Source: Pseudomonas sp.
Lineage (GTDB): Bacteria; Pseudomonadota; Gammaproteobacteria; Burkholderiales; Burkholderiaceae_B
Reading direction: 5' to 3'
Assembly: GCA_036675275.1 (NCBI GenBank)
Contig: JAKFFG010000027.1
Coordinates: 4,113 to 68,112, forward strand
Length of the DNA stretch: 64,000 bases
Shown: piece by piece, positions 44,108 to 54,085 of the stretch
Layout: each line of letters starts with the position of its first letter
How positions within the stretch are numbered: the stretch's first letter is position 1
Made by a program: the position numbers and the translations under genes
Notes under the pieces: model-generated
Told to the model about the DNA's origin: nothing
The model's input: only the letters and a program-made list of their open reading frames with translations
The model's database searches: none

Positions 44108-45921
44108 ACTGCGGAATCTTGCTCTGCCTGGCTTGGCCGGTCCGGATCCTGGCCACTTTGCTGCAAGTTCCACATCTGGGCATACCGACCGGCCTGGGCA
44201 ATCAAATCCCGGTGGGAACCGCGCTCAAGAACCCTTCCGTGATCCAGAACAATGATTTCGTCCGCCTCCACGATCGTGGAAAGGCGATGAGCGATGATCA
44301 GCGTGGTGCGGTCCTTGGCCACCTGGCGCAGCTCGTCCTGAATCACCCTTTCGGTGCGTGTGTCGAGCGCGCTGGTCGCCTCGTCCAGTATCAGGATGGG
44401 CGGATTCTTCAGGACCGTGCGCGCGATGGCAACGCGCTGCTTTTCACCACCCGACAATTTCAGGCCCCGTTCACCGACTTGAGTCTGATAGGCGTCCGGC
44501 AGGTTCATGACAAAGTCGTGAATGCTCGCGGCCTTGGCTGCCTGGACAATTTCCTGCTCTGACGCGTCCGGATTTCCATACGCGATGTTGTACAGGATGC
44601 TGTCGTTGAACAGGACGGTATCTTGCGGAACGATTCCGATATGCCGCCGCAGGCTGGCCTGGGTCAGGTCTCGAATGTCGACGCCATTAATCGTGATCGA
44701 GCCGGAATTGACATCGTAGAAACGGAACAGCAATCTGGACAGGGTCGATTTCCCGGCACCGGAAGATCCCACTACGGCCAATGTCTTGCCCGCGGGTATC
44801 GAGAAGCTCACATCAAACAGAATCTGGCGGTTTGATTCATAGCCGAATTCCACATTATTGAAGCGGATTGCCGCCTGCGATGTACACAATTCCGTGGCAG
44901 CCGGACGGTCGGCCACTTCCTGGCCCTGCTCCATCAGGCCGAACATGCGCTCCATATCAGCCAGCGCATGCTTTATCTCGCGATATACAAAGCCCAGGAA
45001 ATTGAGCGGCGCATACAACTGCGTGAGATAGGCCGAAACCAGTACGACATCGCCTACCGACATAGTCTTGCTCACCACTCCCTGCGCCGATAGCCAAAGC
45101 AGCAAGGTAACGCCGGTCGTAATGATGACGCCCTGCCCCATGTTCAGGAAGTTGAGCGACACCTGGTTCTTGACGGCCGAATCCACCCATTTCCCCAGAT
45201 TGCTGTCGTAGCGATCCAGCTCGTAACCCTCGTTGCCGAAGTATTTCACCGTCTCGTAATTGATCAGGGCATCGATGGCTTTGCTGTTGGCCTTGCTGTC
45301 CAGGTCGTTCATGCTGCGGCGATAGACCATCCGCTTCTCGGTCACCACCAGGGTAAACGCAATATACGCGGCGATCGTGCCTAGGGTCACGACAGCAAAG
45401 CGCCAATCGTAGCGCCACAGCAAAATGGCAGTCACCATGCCGATTTCCAGCAGGGTCGGCAAGATATTGAACACCATGAAATTGAGCAGAAAACCTATGC
45501 CCTTGGTGCCGCGTTCGATATCCCTGCTCAAGCCTCCCGTCTGCCGCTGCATATGAAAGCGCAGCGACAAGGCAAACAGATGTTTGAACAATTGGGCCGC
45601 AATACGGCGTATGGACCCTTGCGTGACACGCGCAAACAGCGCATCGCGCAGCTCTCCGAAGACGCTGGACGCCAGGCGCGCAAAGCCATACCCCAGCAAC
45701 GCGGCCACCGGAAGCACGAGCAAAGTGCCCGGCAAGCTGAGTTTGTCGACGATGTCTTTCAAGAACAGAGGCAGGATTACGCTGGCGACCTTGGCAGCCA
45801 CCAGACAGGCCAAGGCCGCAGCCACGCGCCGCTTGAACTGCCATACATAAGGCAGCAGCGACCTTATCGTCTTTATATCGTCCCGCCCCCCGGGCGCAGA
45901 TCCACGGTGACTCATTTTCAT
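44104..45921 (-). CDS. ATM1/HMT1-type ABC exporter (fused TMD-NBD half transporter)
   Basis: About 605 aa with Walker A GSSGAGKST, LSGGEKQRVAIAR, ILILDEATSALD and IIAHRLS. It is a paralog of residues ~36-600 of the fusion at 8072-10822. Its start ATG at 45921 forms an ATGA overlap with the upstream acyltransferase stop. Confidence 0.9.
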   Translation of the reverse strand: MKMSHRGSAPGGRDDIKTIRSLLPYVWQFKRRVAAALACLVAAKVASVILPLFLKDIVDKLSLPGTLLVLPVAALLGYGFARLASSVFGELRDALFARVTQGSIRRIAAQLFKHLFALSLRFHMQRQTGGLSRDIERGTKGIGFLLNFMVFNILPTLLEIGMVTAILLWRYDWRFAVVTLGTIAAYIAFTLVVTEKRMVYRRSMNDLDSKANSKAIDALINYETVKYFGNEGYELDRYDSNLGKWVDSAVKNQVSLNFLNMGQGVIITTGVTLLLWLSAQGVVSKTMSVGDVVLVSAYLTQLYAPLNFLGFVYREIKHALADMERMFGLMEQGQEVADRPAATELCTSQAAIRFNNVEFGYESNRQILFDVSFSIPAGKTLAVVGSSGAGKSTLSRLLFRFYDVNSGSITINGVDIRDLTQASLRRHIGIVPQDTVLFNDSILYNIAYGNPDASEQEIVQAAKAASIHDFVMNLPDAYQTQVGERGLKLSGGEKQRVAIARTVLKNPPILILDEATSALDTRTERVIQDELRQVAKDRTTLIIAHRLSTIVEADEIIVLDHGRVLERGSHRDLIAQAGRYAQMWNLQQSGQDPDRPSQAEQDSAV

Positions 45922-47900
45922 GCGGCGGGTTCCTCCAGGAACTTGATGATCTGCTCCATCCACTTCTGCGACACTTCGCGCGAACCGTCGATTGAAAGAT
46001 GCGACGTATCGGAATACCTGACGTTCTGACCGCCCATGGCCGAACAAACGCCATTCGCGCACAGGGCATCATAGGGATCCAGGAAAAGCACACGTGGATT
46101 TGCGCTGAACGCGCTGGCCAGTTGTTGGTTCAACTCATATCCCAGCCCCTGTACTGGCGGCAGTTCCAAAGACCGCAGACAAATCATGGGCACATAATCG
46201 GGACGCTCGAGACAGGCACTGGCACTGCCGACCGCGCGTATGCCGGGCTGATTGCCTATCACAATGAGCTTGCGCCGCGGATTGTCGGCAACGAGATCCT
46301 GGACATTCGCAACAAGGAAGCGGCCATAGTCGGCGGAACTGGAGAATTCCAGTCGGGTGCCGTCGGGGCGCGCCAGGAGCCGCCGGTACCCCGTCCAGCT
46401 CATGGCATAGACCAAGGGAAGATCATTACCCTTCAACAAGGCCTGCAGTCGCCCGGTGGTATCAAGGCAATCCTGGCGCGGCCGGCCGGCAAGCAGCCGC
46501 GTAACATCGCGGCCCAGTATGCAGCCGTGCCGGAACACGCCCTGCATGCTGACTCCTTTCTTTGCCAGCCAATAGTCGAAACCGGCAGCGTACTGCAAGG
46601 CAAAACTGTCGCCTGCGAAAATGGCCAATGGCTTGCCGGTCGCCGCATCCCCCAGCACCGCATCAAGCGCGTAGCCTTCGCCGCCGAAAAGACCGGCCTG
46701 CATGACCATTCGGTCGGCTACCCGGTCTCTATACTGGTCGTTGACCCTGAACGGCAAACCATGTTGGTAATAAACGTAAGCGCTTGGCGCGAGCACCAGG
46801 GCAACAAGCGCCGCACAGGACACAGCCTTGACGCCGCTCCAGCTTGCAAGATCGACTTTCCGGTACCGGCGCTCCACCCAGCGATACATGGGATAGGCCA
46901 CCACAAATGGCACAGCGAACAATAACGCCTTGTCCCAGAATTGCAGAGGACGATAGACATGATATTTGTAGAAAACGATGATCGGCCAATGCACCAGATA
47001 CAGCGAATATGAGACCAGGCCAATAAACACGGCAACACGGTTACGCAACAGAACGCCTAGATAGCGCGCACGTCCCGCATAGATGCACAGTGCCGCGCCA
47101 ACCACGGGGACCAAGGCGTTCACCCCCGGAAACACGGTATTGCTGTCAAACGCCAGTACGCTATAGACCAGTAACAGCAGACCGGTGGCCAAAAGGCCCT
47201 CCTGCACTCTGTTTGCCGGCATGATACGGCGCTCCAGCCAGGGCAGCAAACCGCCCGCGGCAAACTCGAACATCCGGAACGGCATAAGGAAATAGTTTGC
47301 GGACGGATCGAGCACCGTAAACCATTGGGATGCCGCAAGGGAAACGACGCCCGCCAACAGTATGCCCCAGGGCAGCCGTGCTGGCCGCCATCGCCAAACC
47401 CCATAAATAATTAATGGCCAAATCAGATAAAACTGCTGTTCGACCCCCAACGACCATGTATGGAGCAGCGGATTCAATTCCGACGACGTATCGAAATAGC
47501 CCGCCACCTGCCAGAAAACCACATTGGACGCCGAGAAGAAGCTGGCAACGGTGGAGGCAGCCAGCGTCCGATACTGGGTCGGATCGAAAAACACAAAACC
47601 CGCAACCATGACCAGCAGCAAGGTCGCGATAAGCGCCGGATACAAGCGTACCACCCGCCTGGCCATGAACGGCAGCAGGCGGAAGGTTCCACGCTCGCAA
47701 TCCGAATGGATGATCTGCGTAATGAGATAGCCGGAGATCACGAAGAAAACGTCCACCCCGACAAAGCCTCCCGCAAATGGGGCGAAACCGGCATGGAAAA
47801 GCAGCACGCTTATGACAGCGAAAGAACGAAGGCCGTCGACTTCGGGACGATAGGACTTGGACATTGCCGTCGCCACGGCAGAGGGAGGACTACCAGACAT
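45918..47900 (-). CDS. Acyltransferase-3 (OafA/YrhL-like) membrane O-acyltransferase with C-terminal SGNH domain
   Basis: 660 aa. YRPEVDGLRSFAVISVLLFHAG is the AT3 N-terminal motif, followed by about 10 TM segments and a C-terminal GDS motif (IFAGDSFA). Confidence 0.85.
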   Translation of the reverse strand: MSGSPPSAVATAMSKSYRPEVDGLRSFAVISVLLFHAGFAPFAGGFVGVDVFFVISGYLITQIIHSDCERGTFRLLPFMARRVVRLYPALIATLLLVMVAGFVFFDPTQYRTLAASTVASFFSASNVVFWQVAGYFDTSSELNPLLHTWSLGVEQQFYLIWPLIIYGVWRWRPARLPWGILLAGVVSLAASQWFTVLDPSANYFLMPFRMFEFAAGGLLPWLERRIMPANRVQEGLLATGLLLLVYSVLAFDSNTVFPGVNALVPVVGAALCIYAGRARYLGVLLRNRVAVFIGLVSYSLYLVHWPIIVFYKYHVYRPLQFWDKALLFAVPFVVAYPMYRWVERRYRKVDLASWSGVKAVSCAALVALVLAPSAYVYYQHGLPFRVNDQYRDRVADRMVMQAGLFGGEGYALDAVLGDAATGKPLAIFAGDSFALQYAAGFDYWLAKKGVSMQGVFRHGCILGRDVTRLLAGRPRQDCLDTTGRLQALLKGNDLPLVYAMSWTGYRRLLARPDGTRLEFSSSADYGRFLVANVQDLVADNPRRKLIVIGNQPGIRAVGSASACLERPDYVPMICLRSLELPPVQGLGYELNQQLASAFSANPRVLFLDPYDALCANGVCSAMGGQNVRYSDTSHLSIDGSREVSQKWMEQIIKFLEEPAA

Positions 47901-48162
47901 GAATGCGTTATGTTCTTACAGGAGGAGGTGGCGAAGTGTAGCAAGCACGGCGCCGGTGCTCCAGAATGGCCGCCCTTTCTACCCGCTATCCGAAAGTTTT
48001 TGTTGGACGTCCGCGTCCTGCAAGATTAAAATAGCGGGCCGTTACCAAAGCACACATGCAGTGCCTTAAGTTTACATACAGGCAAGCGCACAGCGGCGCA
48101 GGCCGCATCGGAGCACAAAACCACGGTCCCGAGCAGATCCCAAATCGCCAAGGAGATATCTC

Positions 48163-50265
48163 TTGCTCGTCAGCAGTTACAACGATTTGCTCGTACTGGG
48201 TTCATTGGTGGTCGCCATTCTGGCATGCTATACAGCACTGGACATGGCTGGCCGGATCTCTGCCGCGCAGGGCCCCGCGGCCTACTGGTGGCTCGCCGGT
48301 GGCGCCTTCGCCATGGGAACCGGCATCTGGTCCATGCATTTCATTGGAATGCTGGCCTTCGATCTGCCCATTCAGCTGGGCTACGACCCAACCATCACCC
48401 TGCTGTCGCTGCTCATTGCCCTGCCCTCATCCGCGCTCGTTCTCTGGATAGTCAGCCAAAAGACATTGCCGCTCAAACGCCTGGTTCTGGGTGCGACGGT
48501 CATCGGCCTGGGTATTTCGGGCATGCATTACACAGGTATGGCGGCCATGCGCATGAACCCGGCCATAAAATACATTCCCTCGCTGCTCGTTCTGTCCATT
48601 CTTATCGCCATCATTGCTTCCGGAGCAGCGCTGTGGATTGTCCACCACCTGCGCCAGCACTCGCACAGAACCCGGCTTTTGCGGATCGGCGCCGCCATCG
48701 TCATGGGCGGCGCCATCGTCAGCATGCACTACACCGGCATGGCCGCCGCCGAGTTTCCCATTGGAAGCATCTGCGGCGCCGCTCGCGAAGGCTTCAGCAC
48801 GGGATGGCTTTCACTCATCATCCTCGTCATTACGCTTTCTGTGCTGGCCATTGCACTGATTACCTCGGTACTCGACCTGCGCATGGAGGCACGCACCTCG
48901 ACGCTCGCCTCATCGCTGAGCAAGGCCAACGATGAACTGACCTACCTGGCCCTGCACGACAATCTCACCAAGCTTCCCAATCGGGTGTTGCTGGACGACC
49001 GGCTTAACCAGGCCATCCAGAGCGCTGCTCGGGAAAAAAGCTGCTTCGCGCTGATGTTCATAGACCTGGATGGCTTCAAGGCAGTCAACGACGCCTACGG
49101 CCATCACGTCGGCGACCTGCTGCTGTTTGACGTCGCCCGGCGCCTTGAAGAAAACACCCGCGTGCCCGACACAATCGCGCGCATGGGAGGCGATGAATTC
49201 GTGCTGCTGGCCAAAGTAGGCGAACCCGCCGACGCCGCCACCGCCGCCGACAAGCTGTTATCAGCTATTCGCGAGCCGTTCCGGATCGCCGGCCACGAGT
49301 TGCGTGTATCGGGCAGCATCGGAATCGCCATCTATCCGGGCGATGGCGATCGCGCCGAGCCGCTGCTCACCAACGCCGACGCCGCCATGTATCACTCGAA
49401 GAATCTGGGACGCAATGTATATTCTTTCTTTGAAGCATCAATGAATGCCAATGTTCATGAACAACAATTACTGGTGCAGGATCTTCGATCGGCCATCGAG
49501 AAGCAAGAGCTCGTTTTGCATTACCAGCCCAAACTCGACTCTTTCAGCGGACGGGTAAGCGGCGTCGAAGCCCTGGTGCGCTGGGCGCACCCCACGCGCG
49601 GGCTCATTGCGCCCGATCAGTTCATTCCACTGGCAGAAAAAACCGGGCTTATTGTACCGATCGGTAAATGGGTGCTCGACACAGCTTGCGAGCAAGTGAA
49701 AAAATGGCATGAGGCCGGCCACCCCGAATGGACTATCGCTGTCAATATCTCCGCCCTGCAATTTACCAACGCCAGTCTTATCCCCAGCGTTTGCGAAACG
49801 CTCAGCCGCCACGCCCTCGAACCAAACTGCCTTACGCTTGAAATCACCGAAACGACTGCCATGCGCGACGTCGAGGCCAGCCTTGCCATCTTGCTGCAAC
49901 TGCACGAAATGGGCGTGCGTATTTCCATTGACGACTTCGGCAGCGGTTATTCCAGTCTGCTCTATCTGAAGCGGCTACCCGCCAGCGAACTGAAGATCGA
50001 TCGAGGATTCATCCGCGACCTTGCCGGCGACACGGAAGATGCAGCCATTGTCTCGGCCATCGTGGCATTGGGCCATACGCTGAATATGAGTGTAGTCGCC
50101 GAAGGCGTGGAAACGATCGCGCAGCAGGAGTTTCTGGCTCGCCTTGGCTGCGACTCAATGCAAGGGTATTTGCTCGGTCGCCCCATGCCGGCGGATCTGA
50201 TCAACGCCATGATGCAAAAAATAAAGGCGCTGGCCGAACCTGCGGGCATTCCGGCTTGCGTGTAA
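48163..50265 (+). CDS. MHYT-domain membrane sensor fused to GGDEF and EAL domains (c-di-GMP turnover)
   Basis: TTG start with AAGGAG 8 nt upstream. Three MHYT-type motifs are present (WSMHFIGM, SGMHYTGM, VSMHYTGM). GGDEF is intact (RMGGDEFV) and EAL is intact (VEALVRW, DDFGSGYSSL). Confidence 0.9.
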   Translation: MLVSSYNDLLVLGSLVVAILACYTALDMAGRISAAQGPAAYWWLAGGAFAMGTGIWSMHFIGMLAFDLPIQLGYDPTITLLSLLIALPSSALVLWIVSQKTLPLKRLVLGATVIGLGISGMHYTGMAAMRMNPAIKYIPSLLVLSILIAIIASGAALWIVHHLRQHSHRTRLLRIGAAIVMGGAIVSMHYTGMAAAEFPIGSICGAAREGFSTGWLSLIILVITLSVLAIALITSVLDLRMEARTSTLASSLSKANDELTYLALHDNLTKLPNRVLLDDRLNQAIQSAAREKSCFALMFIDLDGFKAVNDAYGHHVGDLLLFDVARRLEENTRVPDTIARMGGDEFVLLAKVGEPADAATAADKLLSAIREPFRIAGHELRVSGSIGIAIYPGDGDRAEPLLTNADAAMYHSKNLGRNVYSFFEASMNANVHEQQLLVQDLRSAIEKQELVLHYQPKLDSFSGRVSGVEALVRWAHPTRGLIAPDQFIPLAEKTGLIVPIGKWVLDTACEQVKKWHEAGHPEWTIAVNISALQFTNASLIPSVCETLSRHALEPNCLTLEITETTAMRDVEASLAILLQLHEMGVRISIDDFGSGYSSLLYLKRLPASELKIDRGFIRDLAGDTEDAAIVSAIVALGHTLNMSVVAEGVETIAQQEFLARLGCDSMQGYLLGRPMPADLINAMMQKIKALAEPAGIPACV

Positions 50266-50272
50266 GGCGCCC

Positions 50273-51166
50273 TTATTGAAGCTGCCTGCGTTGCTCCAGG
50301 AGCAGATCGTAGAAGGCTTGCGCGGCGCTTGAAAGCGTTTTTTCCTTGCGCCGTATCAGAAACAGCGAACGTTTCACCGCATCCCTGGATGACAGGGGCA
50401 CAATACTGATTTCGGGATGCTGAAAATGGAAAAGCGTCATGGCGGGCACCAGGCTCACACCCAATCCCGCCACGACCAGACCCGTGACCGTCGCCAGATG
50501 ATCCACCTCCAGCAGCGATTCAAAGCTTGCGGAAATGGCGTTACCAGCCAGGCTTTGCCTGATGCTGCTGCCTTTACCCAGCTGTATGATGGAACGGCTC
50601 TTGAGTTCAGCCAGATCAATGGATGCTCTGCCCGCCCAGGCGTCGTCGCGCCGACACACCACGTAAAAATAATCTTCGCACAAGGGCTGCGCCATGAGTC
50701 CGGTCATATCCTGCCCCTTGGCCGCTACGGCAATATCGGCGGAGCCTCGCCTGACCAAGTCCAGGCAAGGCTCGAGCAGTGCATCGTGAAGCTGCAGGTG
50801 AATGCCGGGAAACTGAGTGTGGAATCGGGCGTAGATAGCGGGAAGCCAGCCCGCCGCCAATGACGGCAGCGCCGCGACCGAAACCCGTCCGCGGCGTTTG
50901 GCCACATGGTCTTTCAGGTCGCCCATGACGGATTCCATATCGTTCAACAATCGCAAGGCCGACATATTGAACAAGCTCCCTTCAGGCGTCAGTTCAACGC
51001 GGCGCGTTGTCCTGTCGAACAAGCGCACACCCATCGATTCCTCGAGCGATTTGATCAGGGCGCTAAACGCAGGCTGCGTCTGGTGACAGCGTTCTGCGGC
51101 CTTAGTGAAATGCCGCTCCTGGGCCAGGGCGACAAATGCACGCAACTGCCGCGATGAAAGATTCAT
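50273..51166 (-). CDS. LysR-family transcriptional regulator
   Basis: 297 aa; MNLSSRQLRAFVALAQERHFTKAAERCHQTQPAFSALIKSLE is a LysR wHTH. It is divergent from the AtuA-like gene. Confidence 0.9.
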   Translation of the reverse strand: MNLSSRQLRAFVALAQERHFTKAAERCHQTQPAFSALIKSLEESMGVRLFDRTTRRVELTPEGSLFNMSALRLLNDMESVMGDLKDHVAKRRGRVSVAALPSLAAGWLPAIYARFHTQFPGIHLQLHDALLEPCLDLVRRGSADIAVAAKGQDMTGLMAQPLCEDYFYVVCRRDDAWAGRASIDLAELKSRSIIQLGKGSSIRQSLAGNAISASFESLLEVDHLATVTGLVVAGLGVSLVPAMTLFHFQHPEISIVPLSSRDAVKRSLFLIRRKEKTLSSAAQAFYDLLLEQRRQLQ

Positions 51167-51260
51167 GGGAATATTCGATCAGTAGATAAGATATTTCTAT
51201 TTTACTTATAAATACCGCAGCCCTATAGTGGACTTTCACATTTCACACACGGGCGGACGC

Positions 51261-52607
51261 ATGGGACCGGACACACTGAATATAGGTTGCGCAACCGGTT
51301 TTTCCGGCGACCGCACCGACGGGGTCCTGCCGGTCGTGAACACGCTTATCCAGAGCGGCGGCCAGGCGCTCATTTTCGAGACGCTGGCTGAACGCACGCT
51401 TGCATTGTCCCAGCTCGCAAAAAACCGCGATCCCGAACTCGGCTACGAGCCCTTGCTCGTAGATTTGCTCGGTCCCGCTTTAGGCCTTTGCTTGCAGCAT
51501 GAAATCAAGATCGTCAGTAATTTCGGCGCTGCAAATCCTCCTGCCGCCGGCCGCCGTATTAAAGCTCTCGCGCAGGAACAGGGTTTGCGAGCGCCGCGTG
51601 TCGCCGTCCTGGCAGGCGATCAATTGAACGACAGGGCTCAGCTGGATTTCCTGCGCGAGCGCTTGGGTCCGGATTTTGATCAACTGGCCATCGTGAGCAT
51701 CAATGCCTATCAGGGTGCGGCTGAAATTGCCGAAGCCCTGCTTGCAGGCGCGGACGTGGTGGTGGCCGGACGCGTCGCCGATCCGTCCCTGGCGGTTGGC
51801 CCGGCACTCGCGCACTTCGGCTGGCGGCACGACGACTGGCACCGGCTGGGCTGCGCCACCATGGCGGGCCATCTGCTCGAGTGCGGTACTCAGGTTACCG
51901 GCGGCTATTTCGCGATACCCGGCATCAAGGACGTTCCGGGCATGGAAAATCTTGGTTTCCCCATCGCCAGTATCGAAGCTTCCGGCGACTTTTCGATCAG
52001 CAAGGCAGCTCTCACAGGCGGTGTGGTAAACGAACAAACCGTCAAAGAACAATTGCTTTACGAAGTGCACGACCCGGCGGCCTACCTCACGCCCGACGTC
52101 ACGGCCGACATCAGCAACGTGACTGTCGCCCCAACGGCCACGGATGTGGTACGTGTCGAACAGGTCACCGGACATGCAAGGCCCGACACGCTCAAAGTCA
52201 ATATCTGTTATCACGGCGGCTGGCTGGCCGAGGCGGAAATCTCCTATGCGGGCCTGCAGGCGGAAGCGCGCGCCAGGCTTGCCGCGGAAACGGTGCAAAA
52301 ACGCCTGGGCGCGCAAATGAAGCTGCGCGTGGATCTGATCGGAACCAGCAGTATCTTTGGCGACGACGACGGCGAATATTTGCGTATGCATACGCCCGGA
52401 AGCTCCAGGGACGTGCGATTGCGCATAGCCGGCGCACATCCCCAAAAGGAGATCGCGGAAAAGGTACTACGGGAAGTCACTGCGCTTTATACCTGCGGAC
52501 CGGCCGGTGGCGGCGGCGTGCGCACATCATTGCGGCCGCGATTGAACAGCTTGTCCAGCTTTGTGCCACGCGACGTGGCTCCCGCAAGCTGGCATTTCGT
52601 CGAGTAA
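51261..52607 (+). CDS. Acyclic terpene utilization AtuA-family protein (DUF1446)
   Basis: The start at MGPDTLNIGCATGFSGDR matches the DUF1446 N-terminal motif as I recall it. About 448 aa. Confidence 0.7.
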   Translation: MGPDTLNIGCATGFSGDRTDGVLPVVNTLIQSGGQALIFETLAERTLALSQLAKNRDPELGYEPLLVDLLGPALGLCLQHEIKIVSNFGAANPPAAGRRIKALAQEQGLRAPRVAVLAGDQLNDRAQLDFLRERLGPDFDQLAIVSINAYQGAAEIAEALLAGADVVVAGRVADPSLAVGPALAHFGWRHDDWHRLGCATMAGHLLECGTQVTGGYFAIPGIKDVPGMENLGFPIASIEASGDFSISKAALTGGVVNEQTVKEQLLYEVHDPAAYLTPDVTADISNVTVAPTATDVVRVEQVTGHARPDTLKVNICYHGGWLAEAEISYAGLQAEARARLAAETVQKRLGAQMKLRVDLIGTSSIFGDDDGEYLRMHTPGSSRDVRLRIAGAHPQKEIAEKVLREVTALYTCGPAGGGGVRTSLRPRLNSLSSFVPRDVAPASWHFVE

Positions 52608-52614
52608 GGCAACC

Positions 52615-52986
52615 ATGACTGACCTATCCGCTTGCACTACTGTCCCTCTATACCGTCTGGCGCACAGCCGCACGGGCGACAAAGGAAACATTTCCAATAT
52701 CAGCGTCATCGCATGGTCGCCAGACTACGTCGCAATACTGGAAGAGCAGCTCACCGAGGTGGCGGTGCTGGAGTGGTTTGCGTTCCGCCGCCCGGCTTCG
52801 GTCAAGCGTTATCTAGTCAGGTCCATCGCCGCCATGAACTTCGTGCTGGAGGGCGTGCTCGATGGCGGGGTCAACGATGCACTGAACCTCGATACACACG
52901 GTAAAGCGCTATCTTTCTATTTGCTTGATTTCCCCATTCGTGTAAGCCGAGAGCTTGCCAATACCCTGCCTGACATCCAAGGCTAA
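52615..52986 (+). CDS. DUF4387-like small partner protein of AtuA/DUF1446 modules
   Basis: 123 aa; PLYRLAHSRTGDKGNISNISVIAW resembles the DUF4387 signature. It starts 8 nt after the DUF1446 gene. Confidence 0.55.
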   Translation: MTDLSACTTVPLYRLAHSRTGDKGNISNISVIAWSPDYVAILEEQLTEVAVLEWFAFRRPASVKRYLVRSIAAMNFVLEGVLDGGVNDALNLDTHGKALSFYLLDFPIRVSRELANTLPDIQG

Positions 52987-53013
52987 AACAAATCAAATCT
53001 CAGGAGACTCACT

Positions 53014-53988
53014 ATGTTTCACGCAAAAATAAAGAAAACCGTCCTGGCAACAGCCATGAGCCTGTGCTTGCCCTGGGTCGCACAAGCCCAGGACACCTTT
53101 CCCAGCCGCCCCATCACCTTCGTGGTTCCATTCGGTGCCGGTAGCGCCACCGATCAATTGGCACGAGCCATCGGTCAAGGCGTGACCGAACAAAGCGGTC
53201 AGACAGTCGTTATCGAAAACAAGCCGGGCGCGAGCGCCATGATAGGAGCCAGCGACGTTGCCCGTGCAACGCCGGATGGCTACCGCGTGCTGATTACCAC
53301 CAACACCTCGCAATCTGCCAATCCGCATCTCTACAAAAAGCTCAGCTACGACCCCGTGAAGGATTTCGCGCCGGTCACGCTGCTGGGAACCGGTGGACAA
53401 ATCATGGTCGTCAACCCCTCGTCCCCCGCGAAGACGGTCGGCGACTTTATAAAGATCGCCAAACAAAGTCCCGGCAAGCTCACTTTCGGCAGCGGCAGCT
53501 CCAGCAGCCGCGTGGCCGGCGAGCTGTTCCAGCAAATGGCCGACGTACAGCTACTGCACGTACCCTATAAGAGCAACCCACTGGTGATCACCGATTTGTT
53601 GGGCGGACAGATCGACATGATGATGGCGGACATGGCCACCGGCCTGCCGCAGGTCAAGGCGGAGAAGCTGCGCGCATTGGGCGTGACAACGGTGGAACCA
53701 TCTCCGTTGGCGCCGACCGTGCCCACCATTGCTTCCGCAGGAGTTCCCGGCTATGAGATGGGATACTGGTTCGCCGCGTATGTGCCTGCCAAGACACCGG
53801 ACGCGGTCGTGGCCCGGCTGAACGATTTGCTTATCGGGGCAACCACACGCGCCGCCGCAACACAGTTCTATTCCTCGACCGGCACCAAACCGGCGACTTC
53901 AACGCCCGCCGGACTGGCGGACTTCCAGAAGAAAGAAACCGAGAAGTGGGGAACGATCATCAAGAAGGCCGGTATAGAACCGGCCTGA
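53014..53988 (+). CDS. Bug-family (TctC-like) periplasmic solute receptor
   Basis: 324 aa with a signal peptide, then FPSRPITFVVPFGAGSATDQLAR and IENKPGASAM. Confidence 0.9.
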   Translation: MFHAKIKKTVLATAMSLCLPWVAQAQDTFPSRPITFVVPFGAGSATDQLARAIGQGVTEQSGQTVVIENKPGASAMIGASDVARATPDGYRVLITTNTSQSANPHLYKKLSYDPVKDFAPVTLLGTGGQIMVVNPSSPAKTVGDFIKIAKQSPGKLTFGSGSSSSRVAGELFQQMADVQLLHVPYKSNPLVITDLLGGQIDMMMADMATGLPQVKAEKLRALGVTTVEPSPLAPTVPTIASAGVPGYEMGYWFAAYVPAKTPDAVVARLNDLLIGATTRAAATQFYSSTGTKPATSTPAGLADFQKKETEKWGTIIKKAGIEPA

Positions 53989-54085
53989 TCCGACACTTAT
54001 TTTTACCGGCGTTCTCCCCGCCCGCCGCCCGTATCGGATGAAACTCCTAATACAATAACGTTGCCCAGCAAAAAACGGAGACTGT

